Source: Bdellovibrionales bacterium
GTDB taxonomy: Bacteria; Bdellovibrionota; Bdellovibrionia; Bdellovibrionales; JAMPXM01
Reading direction: 5' to 3'
Length of the DNA stretch: 55,703 nt
NCBI GenBank assembly: GCA_043746165.1
Contig: JAYTRM010000223.1
Coordinates: forward strand, 1 to 55,703
The notes under the pieces were generated by a model. That model was given only the letters and a program-made list of their open reading frames with translations, did not search any database and had not been told where the DNA came from. Position 1 is the first letter of the stretch. Every line of letters begins with the position of its first letter. Of the stretch, positions 36,451-47,088 are shown piece by piece. Both the position numbers and the translations under genes were made by a program.

Positions 36451-37313
36451 TTGATCAGATTCTTATTCACTTTGATTGCATAGGTCTTTTTCAATTTTGC
36501 AAAGTAATTGTCAAAGAGCTCTTTGCGTTTTTCATCAAAGACTGAAGCGCGGATCTGTTGTTTGTTGGCATCTGCGTAGCCGTGCCGACCCGTCACTTTT
36601 ATAATATGATAGCCGTACTGAGTCTCAATTAAACCCTTGATCGCTCCAACCTTCATTGAGAGTGCGGCGTTGTAATAAGAAGGCATCAGCGTCACGCGAC
36701 TCTGCCAGCCGACGTCGCCGCCGGTGCGTTTTGACAGTACGTCGTCGGTGTAAAGGCCCACGAGTTCTTCGAATGGCCGTTTGCTCTTTTTGACCTCTTC
36801 ATAAATTTCATTGGCGCGCTCGCGGGCCGCCTTCTTCTGGTCTTCGGTGGCATCTGGGCGATATTCGATCAGGATGTGGCTTGTGCGAATCTCTGGATTT
36901 TTTTCGTAATAAGCCTGCATTTCTTTATCGGTCACTTTGATCTCGCTGATCGCTTTGCCCAGCTCTTTTTCGATCAGGCCCTTATAGATTTCTTGGCGAA
37001 TGCGCTCTCTCACGATCGGCTCATCTTGAATGCCGCGCTTCATCGCTTCTTGAACACCCATTTCGTAGCGAATTAAGTCTTCGAGAAAGACCTCTTTAGA
37101 CGGAGGATTAAGAGTCTGTTTGAGAATGTCGTCGTACTTGTCGTTCATTTCTTTGACAGTGATGTTTTTTGTTCCAACAACCGCGACGACGGCATTTGAG
37201 TCATCGGCATGGGCGACAGAAATCAGTTCGCCGGTCAGCGCGCCGTTCAGCGCACCAATGAGGATTGCGGCGCAGGATGTAAGGAAAGCAAGACGCGCAA
37301 CTAAGCTGGCCAT
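36447..37313 (-). CDS. Parvulin-type peptidyl-prolyl isomerase (secreted)
   Basis: 288-aa ORF with a signal peptide and a parvulin domain (TSHILIEY...GGDVGWQSR...YGYHIIKV). Confidence 0.75.
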   Translation of the reverse strand: MASLVARLAFLTSCAAILIGALNGALTGELISVAHADDSNAVVAVVGTKNITVKEMNDKYDDILKQTLNPPSKEVFLEDLIRYEMGVQEAMKRGIQDEPIVRERIRQEIYKGLIEKELGKAISEIKVTDKEMQAYYEKNPEIRTSHILIEYRPDATEDQKKAARERANEIYEEVKKSKRPFEELVGLYTDDVLSKRTGGDVGWQSRVTLMPSYYNAALSMKVGAIKGLIETQYGYHIIKVTGRHGYADANKQQIRASVFDEKRKELFDNYFAKLKKTYAIKVNKNLIK

Positions 37314-37365
37314 TCAAAACCTCACTAAGTGTTGATCATTACTCTTAAAAGGCTAGCATCAGCAC

Positions 37366-38013
37366 TTACGGCGCCGCAATGAGATTGCGCGCCTGTTGCC
37401 CCGCATTAGTGAGAAGCAATTCGAGCTCTTCCGCCATGGCCGGACTTCGACAATCGGCATCTCGCGCGATGGGCGCCATTGGTTTTCCCCAGACCACAAC
37501 GACTCTTGCAAAGGGCAAGGGAAGGAAGGTCTTATTCCAGGCTTTTTCGAAAACAAATTTTCGATCGACGGCCACAGAGCATGGAAAAATCTCTCCACCG
37601 ATGAGTTTCGAAATCTCAAAAATTCCGGGTTTCACTTTGTGGAAGGGACCTTTCGGGCCATCGACTGCAACACTCGGCCGCCAACCGTCGCGCGCCAGGC
37701 GCAGGAGACCCTTGAGCGCCGAAACTCCACCGCGCGTACTCGAACCGCGCGATGATTTCGCTCCGAAACGGCGTACGACCGCGTCCATTAAATCGCCGTC
37801 TTTGCTGGTCGAGGTCATCACGGCCGCTCGGTATTTTTTGAGTAAGTAAATGATGCCGAGCTCATCGCCATGCCAGTGTGCAAAGACCATAGGCCTGCCC
37901 GCAGCTAGGCAGGCTGCAAACTCGCTGGACTCCACGATGCGAATTCGCCACGTGAGCTTCAATGCAGAGTAAACGAAAAACAGAAGGTGGGGCAGAATTA
38001 AGCGGCGAAACAT
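37366..38013 (-). CDS. DUF374 / lysophospholipid acyltransferase-like protein
   Basis: 215-aa ORF with an N-terminal TM. The pattern FAHWHGDE...SKDGDLMDAVVRRFG...RGSSTRGG...DGPKGP matches what I recall of the DUF374 family. Confidence 0.6.
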   Translation of the reverse strand: MFRRLILPHLLFFVYSALKLTWRIRIVESSEFAACLAAGRPMVFAHWHGDELGIIYLLKKYRAAVMTSTSKDGDLMDAVVRRFGAKSSRGSSTRGGVSALKGLLRLARDGWRPSVAVDGPKGPFHKVKPGIFEISKLIGGEIFPCSVAVDRKFVFEKAWNKTFLPLPFARVVVVWGKPMAPIARDADCRSPAMAEELELLLTNAGQQARNLIAAP

Positions 38014-38070
38014 GAATCCCTAACATCAACCGAGTCGGGCGGCAAAACAACCTCCAACTGGACCTCATTT

Positions 38071-38132
38071 GAAAACGTCGAAAACGTCGGGGACGTCGCG
38101 TCGGGCTCGTATCGGGCTCGTCTCAGGCTCGC
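38071..38132. repeat. Two adjacent triple tandem repeats in an intergenic region
   Basis: The first set is GAAAACGTC / GAAAACGTC / GGGGACGTC (38071-38097). The second is TCGGGCTCGT-a-TCGGGCTCGT-c-TCAGGCTCGC (38101-38132). Both were read directly. Confidence 0.8.
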
Positions 38133-38200
38133 GGCGTAATCGCAGCGAAGGGAAGTCGGCACTGGACTCGATTCTGGGCGTGTGACTCCGAAAAGAAAGG

Positions 38201-38935
38201 ATGAGTTCTGTCCGGCTTATCTTTACGACCATTTTGATTCTGATCGTAGCAGGCGTTGGATTGTCGTTTGTAAACCCTGATTTTGCGCAAGTGCGGCAGC
38301 TGATAAGCGTTGATTGGACCTGCAAATTTTCTCGTCACCGTGATTGCTTTATTCTTTTCGAAAGCTACCGAAGTTCTCGTTCTCATCGAGAATTGGCAGA
38401 AAGAGCTGGTCATTGGGCATGTCGATTTAAGAATCCCACCGCTTGTGCTGAGCTCGGACAAATTTACGAAGATGAACGAAAATGGCCGCTCGCAATTGTG
38501 GCTTATGCCGAGGCATGCGACCTCAAGCTGGAAAAAGCCTGCATCGATGAACTCGTCTTAACCAGCGGGTCAGGTCAAGTCGACGAAGCTTTGCTGCGCG
38601 GTCGCGAACTCTGTCAGCGCGACGTTCCGATGACGTGTTATCTCAGCGGAATTCTCGCGCAAAAATTAAAAGATAGAGAGACCGCCACATGGGCTCTCTA
38701 TGAGGGTTGCTTTAAGCAGTCGACGACCGAAGCCTGCATTGCGCTTTCGAAATTCTACACCTTTCAAAAGCAGCTAGAGGAAAGTAAGCAGGCGCTTGTT
38801 CGTGCCTGCGATCTCGGATCAACTTTAGCTTGCCTTCAAAACACTGTTCTGGCGAACAAGCCCGCTGCAGTCGCTCCAGCACCTGGGACGGCCGTCAATA
38901 TCCGCAAGCCCGCCGCCCGACCAGGTCAACATTAA
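38201..38935 (+). CDS. Secreted Sel1-like repeat protein with regularly spaced Cx7C pairs (Hcp-like)
   Basis: 244-aa ORF with an N-terminal hydrophobic signal. It has six Cys pairs: CKFSRHRDC, CRFKNPTAC, CDLKLEKAC, CQRDVPMTC, CFKQSTTEAC and CDLGSTLAC. These are embedded in helical repeats of about 36 aa. Confidence 0.6.
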   Translation: MSSVRLIFTTILILIVAGVGLSFVNPDFAQVRQLISVDWTCKFSRHRDCFILFESYRSSRSHRELAERAGHWACRFKNPTACAELGQIYEDERKWPLAIVAYAEACDLKLEKACIDELVLTSGSGQVDEALLRGRELCQRDVPMTCYLSGILAQKLKDRETATWALYEGCFKQSTTEACIALSKFYTFQKQLEESKQALVRACDLGSTLACLQNTVLANKPAAVAPAPGTAVNIRKPAARPGQH

Positions 38936-38958
38936 GCTTGCACCTACCCCAACGGTGC

Positions 38959-39945
38959 TCAGTGCTGCAGTAACTTTTTGAACTCCTGGGTGAGTAGCGG
39001 CACGATCTCAAATGCATCGCCAACCAAACCATAAGTCGCCCGCTGAAAAATCGGTGCATTCGCATCTTTGTTGATCGCGACGATCACTTTGCTACTGCTC
39101 ATACCCGCCAGATGCTGGATGGCACCCGAAATGCCGCACGCGATGTAGAGCGACGGAGCGACCGTCTTTCCGGTCTGCCCGACTTGCATGCTGTGCGGAA
39201 CCCAACCGGCGTCTACGACCGCGCGCGAAGCTCCGACCGTGGCGCCGAGGACTTCGGCGAGTTCTTCGAGCATTTTGAAGCCGCTCGCATCTTTGAGTCC
39301 GCGGCCGCCGGAGACTATGATGTTGGCTTCGGTCAGATCGAGTTTTCCCGAGGCGCCTTTGACAACGTCTTTAATCAGAGTTTTGAGGTCTAAAGTTGGC
39401 GCCGCGATCTCTTCGACTTTTGGAGCTTTTGAAGCAACCGCCGGTTGAATTGCCAACTGATTGGGTCGCATCAACACGATCTGCGTCGGGCTATTGACGA
39501 ACGAGACCTCAGCCGTGCACTTGCCCGAATACATCGGACGCCGCACTTTCGCTGCTCCAGCTTCAAAGCGAAGCTCCGTGCAATCGCTGATCACGCCAAA
39601 TCCGAGGTGAGCGGCCACTCGCGGAAATAAATCGCGGGCGAGCGATGACGACGAGGCCAAAACGACCGATGGATTTTGCGCTTTGATGAGCTTTGCGAAA
39701 ACTTCGGTAAAGACTTGCGAATTGTAGCGATCGAAAGCGGCCGCTTCACTGAAGAAAACTTCATCGACGCCTTCTGCGCCGAGCTGAGATGCCAAGGCCT
39801 TTGTGCCGCTCCCGAGAGCTACCGCTTGAATCTTTGCGCCAGCCTGCCTTGCGCCAGCCTGCCTTGCGGCAGATAAGAGCTCAAGAGAGCTTTTTTTAAT
39901 TTGTCCATTTTGATTCGCTTCGACGAAAACTAGTACATTGCCCAT
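38959..39945 (-). CDS. etfA: Electron transfer flavoprotein alpha subunit
   Basis: 328-aa ORF with the C-terminal FAD-binding region ...[17 protein letters not shown].... It is downstream of etfB. Confidence 0.93.
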   Translation of the reverse strand: MGNVLVFVEANQNGQIKKSSLELLSAARQAGARQAGAKIQAVALGSGTKALASQLGAEGVDEVFFSEAAAFDRYNSQVFTEVFAKLIKAQNPSVVLASSSSLARDLFPRVAAHLGFGVISDCTELRFEAGAAKVRRPMYSGKCTAEVSFVNSPTQIVLMRPNQLAIQPAVASKAPKVEEIAAPTLDLKTLIKDVVKGASGKLDLTEANIIVSGGRGLKDASGFKMLEELAEVLGATVGASRAVVDAGWVPHSMQVGQTGKTVAPSLYIACGISGAIQHLAGMSSSKVIVAINKDANAPIFQRATYGLVGDAFEIVPLLTQEFKKLLQH

Positions 39946-39981
39946 GTGCTCTCCGTATGAGTGTCCGATTGATTTATGGTG

Positions 39982-40761
39982 TTAAACAACCTTCGCGTCT
40001 TCGCGAAGAAGTTTGACCAATTCCTTGGCCTGGGTGGCAGCATCGCCCGGAAGAACTTTCACCGTCGGTTTGTCTGCCGGAAGGTGAAAGTTTTTAAATT
40101 GAATCCGCTGATCTTGCAGACCAGCACCGGTCGCTGCGAGCGTGAGCTCTTGGATCACTTTCTTTTTTGCTTTCATGATCCCCGGAAGGCTCGCGTAGCG
40201 GGGCAAGTTTAAGCCTTTGTTGGCCGCGAACACAGCCGGAAGCTGGACTTGGATGATCTCGCGCGCGCCGCCGTCAGCTTCGGCCTCTACCGTTGCTGTT
40301 TTATCCGCAATCTCGATTTTGGTCACGACCGTCGCATGGGGAATCGCCAAAGCTTCGGCCAGCATTTGGCCCACAGAAGCTGCGTTGTCGTCGATCGCGA
40401 GCTTTCCTGTCATGATGCAAGAGTACTCTCCACCGATTGACTTAATGGCGCCCGCGAGGGCTTTTGCGGTCATTGCAGGGTCGAGGTCTTCGCTCGCGTC
40501 GACCGCAACGGCGTCGTCGGCACCCATCGCTAGGGCTGTGCGCAAAGCTTCGACGATCCTAGTTTTAGGACCAACACTGACCACGGTGACGCTCGTCGCT
40601 TTGCCGGCCTCTCTCATCTTGATAGCCTCTTCGACCGCGAACTCATCGTAGGGATTCATGACCCACTTTATCCCGGTAGGATCAATCCCACTCGCATCTG
40701 CCTTGAGCTTGATTTTAGTTTCAGTGTCGGGAACTTGCTTCACGCAAACAAAGATTTTCAT
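39982..40761 (-). CDS. etfB: Electron transfer flavoprotein beta subunit
   Basis: The canonical N-terminus MKIFVCVKQVPDTETKI starts at codon 49 of the 307-aa track ORF (ATG at 40761, preceded by GAAAGG). Confidence 0.92.
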   Translation of the reverse strand: MKIFVCVKQVPDTETKIKLKADASGIDPTGIKWVMNPYDEFAVEEAIKMREAGKATSVTVVSVGPKTRIVEALRTALAMGADDAVAVDASEDLDPAMTAKALAGAIKSIGGEYSCIMTGKLAIDDNAASVGQMLAEALAIPHATVVTKIEIADKTATVEAEADGGAREIIQVQLPAVFAANKGLNLPRYASLPGIMKAKKKVIQELTLAATGAGLQDQRIQFKNFHLPADKPTVKVLPGDAATQAKELVKLLREDAKVV

Positions 40762-40989
40762 TGCGGACCTTTCTAATCTCGGGCTGATCTCGGGTGCGCT
40801 CTGTTTATCGCAGAGATTAAAAGCTCCAATCAACTCACAAGTTTGCGGCTGGGTCGGCGCGTCGCTAAAGTCGGCGTGCGGAAACAGGACCCGACTTCTC
40901 TTCAACAGAAGGTGGACACAGTGGTGACTGCGGGAGTATTGATAAGAAATCGAGAACTGAAAACACAGCCCAGAAAGTGAACGAACACA

Positions 40990-41643
40990 GTGGGATACAT
41001 TTCATCAGCCATCGGCCGCAAGCAATTCATGGGACTCACCGGACTCGTGTGGGCGGGCTTCGTCTTGGTGCACATGCTCGGCAACCTGCTCATCTTTGCC
41101 GGCCCGGATGTCTACAATCATTATTCTTACGTTCTCGTCTCGAACCCGTTTCTGATCTTGGCTGAACTGCTCCTGCTGATCACGCTGCTTTTGCACATTT
41201 ACGAAGGCGTGATGGTCACTCTCAGAAATCGCTGGGCCAGGCCTACCCGCTACGCGCAGGTTCCGAGCGGGCCGAAGGCTCCGCGCTTTCAATCGAAGTG
41301 GATGATCTTTCACGGCAGCATCATCTTGGTCTTTATCATCACGCATCTCATCACCTTTAAGTATGGCGCGACCTACGAGGCCACCGTAGGCGGTGTGCAG
41401 ATGCGCGACCTCTACCGCCTGGTCATAGAAGTGTTTCACAATCCGGCAGCGCTCGCTTGGTACATCATCGCCCTGATTATTCTCGGCCTCCACTTGAGCC
41501 ACGGGTTTTACTCGTCGTTTGCTTCGCTCGGAATTTATCATCCGAAATTTTCGCCCCTTCTCAGCAAGTTCGGTTACGTCTACGCCGCTGCTGTGGCGAT
41601 TGGTTTCATCGCTCCGCCTGTTTACGTGTACTTCGCGCTTTGA
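40990..41643 (+). CDS. sdhC: Succinate dehydrogenase / fumarate reductase cytochrome b subunit (single-subunit, type B anchor)
   Basis: 217-aa ORF (GTG start) encoding a 5-TM protein with conserved His residues. It lies directly upstream of sdhA, and there is no separate sdhD. Confidence 0.8.
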   Translation: MGYISSAIGRKQFMGLTGLVWAGFVLVHMLGNLLIFAGPDVYNHYSYVLVSNPFLILAELLLLITLLLHIYEGVMVTLRNRWARPTRYAQVPSGPKAPRFQSKWMIFHGSIILVFIITHLITFKYGATYEATVGGVQMRDLYRLVIEVFHNPAALAWYIIALIILGLHLSHGFYSSFASLGIYHPKFSPLLSKFGYVYAAAVAIGFIAPPVYVYFAL

Positions 41644-41657
41644 GAGAGGATTAAGTT

Positions 41658-43568
<1,911 letters not shown>

Positions 43569-43587
43569 GCAGGCAGCAAGGAGACAT

Positions 43588-44361
43588 ATGGGCGGATCAG
43601 GACAAAAAACCATCAATTTGAAACTTCGCGTGTGGCGCCAAGCCCGAGTCTCGGCCGAGGGCCGCTTTGAGGAATACGATGCTCCGGCAATCAATACCGA
43701 TGCGTCTTTTCTCGAGATGCTCGATGTGGTCAACGAGCGGCTGATCAAAGAAGGCAAAGATCCGATCGCGTTTGATCACGATTGCCGAGAGGGAATTTGC
43801 GGTTCCTGCTCGATGGTGATCAACGGCAACCCGCACGGTCCCGAACTTGGAACAGCAGCTTGTCAGTTGCACATGAGAAAATTTCACGACGGCCAGTCAA
43901 TCACGATTGAGCCGTTCCGGGCCCGCGCATTCCCCATGAGGAAAGATTTGTCCGTCGATCGCTCGGCGCTCGATCGCATCATCGCAGCCGGCGGCTACGT
44001 TTCGGTCAACACTGGCAATGCTCCAGACGCAAACGCCAATGCGATTGCCAAAGTCGAAGCCGATTCGGCTTTTGAAGCCGCGGCGTGCATCGGATGTGGT
44101 GCCTGTGTTGCAGCTTGCCCGAATTCGTCGGCAATGTTGTTTACCGCAGCCAAAGTTTCGCACTTGGCGCACCTTCCTCAAGGTAAGGTTGAAAAGCAGC
44201 AGCGCGTATTGGCGATGATGAAGACGATGGAAGAAGCCGGGTTTGGCAACTGCAGCAACACCGGCGCCTGCTCCTTGGCTTGTCCAAAGGAAATTAAGTT
44301 CGAAAACATTGTTTTGATGAACCGCGAGTATTTGGCCGCCTCGGTGAAGAGCCGATCTTAG
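43588..44361 (+). CDS. sdhB: Succinate dehydrogenase / fumarate reductase iron-sulfur subunit
   Basis: The ATG at 43588 is preceded by AAGGAG; the track ORF at 43531 overlaps sdhA. The three Fe-S cluster motifs are [21 protein letters not shown] and CSLACP. Confidence 0.93.
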   Translation: MGGSGQKTINLKLRVWRQARVSAEGRFEEYDAPAINTDASFLEMLDVVNERLIKEGKDPIAFDHDCREGICGSCSMVINGNPHGPELGTAACQLHMRKFHDGQSITIEPFRARAFPMRKDLSVDRSALDRIIAAGGYVSVNTGNAPDANANAIAKVEADSAFEAAACIGCGACVAACPNSSAMLFTAAKVSHLAHLPQGKVEKQQRVLAMMKTMEEAGFGNCSNTGACSLACPKEIKFENIVLMNREYLAASVKSRS

Positions 44362-44392
44362 ACCGCTGAGCCCAGCCGGCTGACATCAGTCT

Positions 44393-44434
44393 CTTCAGAA
44401 AGAGTGTAACCTATAGGTTGCACTCTTTCTGAAG
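44393..44434 (+). terminator. Very stable 19-bp hairpin after sdhB (possible tail-less terminator or processing site)
   Basis: CTTCAGAAAGAGTGTAACC-tata-GGTTGCACTCTTTCTGAAG forms 19 contiguous pairs (one G-U), starting 31 nt after the sdhB stop. There is no U-tract. Confidence 0.4.
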
Positions 44435-44661
44435 GCCGACAGAGACACCTCGCCACACCATCTGCACCCTCCCGCAAAGGCGCTACCAGAGCGGATCTCA
44501 TGAAAAATATTTGATAACGCACGGAGCCTGGAGGCACCGGTTCTGCCGTGCGCCTCTTCAGCCAAAACCTGAGGTCGAACCTGAGCGGCAGCTGAGCTTT
44601 GATTTTGAGGAGAAAGATTCCGGCAATCGAAAATCCGGTTAGCGAAATGCGTTCTTGTGAA

Positions 44662-45648
44662 TTAATCCTGGCCGAGTGTCCCTGCTTGCCAAGGGCGCTT
44701 GCGGTTCCTTACTTTTCCACGCCCTTGCGTCTTCTTGTCGGGCGTTGGCAGGTAACCGATTTCGTCAAAGAACTTTTCGATGCGCAAGTTAACGAAATCC
44801 GGAAAATCGAGCTGAGTGCAGTGCGTACCATAGGGAATATTGGTGTACTGGCTATCGCGGATTTTGGATTGGAGATTCTGCTGATGGGCACGTGGAGTGA
44901 CGCCGTCTTTGGTTCCACCGATGATCAGTGTTGGTACTTCGATTTTTTCGAGAACCGGTTCGCCGTTATATCTCATCATTTCTTGGAAATAACGAATGAA
45001 CACGTCGATATCCGTAACGGCCACACCACGCGCGTAAACTTCGATATTTTTCAGCCCTGCAAGCTTGACGTTGAAACCACCTGCCATTGCGCTGAGCTGA
45101 ATAGTGATCGGATTGAGAGCCGCAGTTTTCCAGAATGCCGAGGTCATCGCCGGATATTTTTCGTAGCTGCGTTTGAATAATTCAAAGACTTTAGGCATCG
45201 AGTTGAGCCCGAACATTCCGGTGATGGGGTTCTTCGCAAAGCCGTTGATGAACACCAAGTTGCTGACCGTTTCCGGAAACAACTCATAATAGCGCAGCAA
45301 TGCCTGAGCACCGAAACTGTGGCCCCAAAGTGAAGCTTGTTTGAGTCCGAGATGCTTAAGTAAACCATTTAAGTCTCGAGCGATGCTATCGAAGCTCAAC
45401 GTGTTGAGATCACGAGGCATGCCGGATAGGTGTGTGCCGCGGTAATCAAATGCTATGGTTTGATACCCATGTGAAAAATAGCGAATTTGATTGGTCCAAT
45501 GGTTGATGACACAAGCGAGTCCATAGCACAGCACAACCGGCTGACCATTGCCACGTATCTCGTAGTAAATAGGTGTGCCGTCGAAACTCTCAAAGGTTCC
45601 AGTGATTTTAGAGACTTCTTCCGTTGGACTGTTGTTTGCTGACTTCAT
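44662..45648 (-). CDS. Alpha/beta-fold hydrolase
   Basis: 328-aa ORF with the nucleophile elbow GHSFGAQ and a basic C-terminal tail. Its ATG directly abuts the stop of the FHA gene (TAAATG). Confidence 0.75.
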   Translation of the reverse strand: MKSANNSPTEEVSKITGTFESFDGTPIYYEIRGNGQPVVLCYGLACVINHWTNQIRYFSHGYQTIAFDYRGTHLSGMPRDLNTLSFDSIARDLNGLLKHLGLKQASLWGHSFGAQALLRYYELFPETVSNLVFINGFAKNPITGMFGLNSMPKVFELFKRSYEKYPAMTSAFWKTAALNPITIQLSAMAGGFNVKLAGLKNIEVYARGVAVTDIDVFIRYFQEMMRYNGEPVLEKIEVPTLIIGGTKDGVTPRAHQQNLQSKIRDSQYTNIPYGTHCTQLDFPDFVNLRIEKFFDEIGYLPTPDKKTQGRGKVRNRKRPWQAGTLGQD

Positions 45649-46344
45649 TTAAAGAACCTCGATCTCGTGGCTTGCGATGCGAATGCGATCACCAGTTTTG
45701 ATGTAGGACGAAATGGCGCTCTGGCCGTTGACTAGAAGGTGGCCGTGAGTTTCATCTTTCAGAATCACTCCGCCACGATCCGGAATCAGTCGAAAACAAA
45801 CATCGGGAACGGATCTGTCGAGAATTCTGAGATCAAATGATCCCGACCCTACGGTTCTCGGGCCATAACCGATAAACCATTCCTCGCCCAACTGCGTGCC
45901 GCCAACAAACTTGAGGTGAAGAGCGGGAGCGAATGCGACAAGATCTTTGGGCTTTTCAACGGCTGCCTTGCGGGCTCGATCGAGAAAGGTCGCCAGTAGG
46001 TCGACGGGGTTTCGGGTCACGGTTTCGGAGCTCAGCTCAGGTGATGCGCTACCCTGGTCAGCCGATATGACGCGAAAAAGAGTGCGGCCGAGAATAAATT
46101 CGAGGCCGGGGGTCAAATTCAGCTCACGAACCCGGGAGTCCGCGTATTTGATGCCATTGGCCGAGCCGAGATCGACTAACCAAAAGTCGTTCTCCCCGCG
46201 CACTTCAACTTTACCATGTTTTGAAGAAAGCTTGGAATCCCGTATGGTTAAAACGCATCCGGAGCGCCCGATCGTCAGTCCTTCGCGGACTGGCGTACGA
46301 GTTCCTTTGAGAGCGCCATCGAGAATTTCAATAAACAGGGTCAT
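45649..46344 (-). CDS. FHA domain-containing protein (one clear N-terminal FHA domain; the C-terminal half may be a second)
   Basis: 231-aa ORF with the pattern LTIGRSGCVLTIRDSKLSSKHGKVEV...WLVDLGSANGIKYADSRV, typical of FHA. Confidence 0.75.
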   Translation of the reverse strand: MTLFIEILDGALKGTRTPVREGLTIGRSGCVLTIRDSKLSSKHGKVEVRGENDFWLVDLGSANGIKYADSRVRELNLTPGLEFILGRTLFRVISADQGSASPELSSETVTRNPVDLLATFLDRARKAAVEKPKDLVAFAPALHLKFVGGTQLGEEWFIGYGPRTVGSGSFDLRILDRSVPDVCFRLIPDRGGVILKDETHGHLLVNGQSAISSYIKTGDRIRIASHEIEVL

Positions 46345-46493
46345 GGCTTTGAGTATGGCAGAGTTGCTTGATCAATGCGAGCTTGTCGGGTGCGTTAGGG
46401 CATGGTATTCGTTTTCGCCTCAAACCTTATCTTTAAGATGAGAAGCAAGCCTTGCTCCCGGTCAGACTGGGGGCTTTAACCGAAAGGATGTTC

Positions 46494-47054
46494 ATGGCTA
46501 AAAAGCCAATGGCATTGGAAGTTCGTCCCAATCTCCGACCCTACGAAGCGGTCATTCTCGTTCACCCCGATGCAACTGAAGAGGACCAAAAGGCCCTGTT
46601 CAAACGCAACAAAGGCATTATCGAAGAGCAATACGGCGGAACCGTTCATCACCTCGATACGTGGGGCAAACGCAACCTCAGCAACGCAATCGAAAAACAT
46701 CGCCGCGCGGTTTTCTTTCACACGACATTTGCCGCTGACCCGCAAGCCATCGATGAGCTTGAGCGGACTATGCGCATCAACGATAAAGTGATTCGCTACA
46801 TGCACACTCGCCTCGAAGACGGCAAAGATCTTGCCGAACATCTCGAAGGTTTCCGCAAGACGTTGGCAGAAAGTGCGGCTCGCGAGCGTGACCGGGAAGC
46901 GAAATTCCAAGCCCGCAAAGCGGCTCAACGCGCCGGTGGACCTCGCCGTGACGATCGCCGTGATGACGGCGGCGGCATGGACCGTGGACCTCGTGGTGGA
47001 CGCGGCGGCCCAGGCGGCGGCGGATTTGACGACGGTGGCGAAGACGAAATGTGA
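46494..47054 (+). CDS. rpsF: 30S ribosomal protein S6, with a long Arg/Gly/Asp-rich C-terminal tail
   Basis: The ATG at 46494 is preceded by AAAGGA. The S6 fold region is YEAVILVHPDATEEDQKALFKRNKGIIEEQYGGTVHHLDTWGKRNLSNAI. The last 60 aa or so are low complexity. Confidence 0.88.
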   Translation: MAKKPMALEVRPNLRPYEAVILVHPDATEEDQKALFKRNKGIIEEQYGGTVHHLDTWGKRNLSNAIEKHRRAVFFHTTFAADPQAIDELERTMRINDKVIRYMHTRLEDGKDLAEHLEGFRKTLAESAARERDREAKFQARKAAQRAGGPRRDDRRDDGGGMDRGPRGGRGGPGGGGFDDGGEDEM

Positions 47055-47088
47055 TTTCTCAGATCTCCCTCGGTAATTTCTGAGGAGA

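Noticed and set aside
44560-44600. GAGGTCGAACCTGAG, superficially resembling a tRNA T-arm.
   Set aside because: There is no GTTCGAATC-type T-loop, no acceptor or anticodon stems can be drawn around it, and there is no CCA-proximal pairing. It is not a tRNA.
44599-45180. 193-aa plus-strand ORF overlapping the alpha/beta hydrolase gene.
   Set aside because: It is antisense to an ORF with a clear GxSxG hydrolase signature. Its product has no recognisable features.
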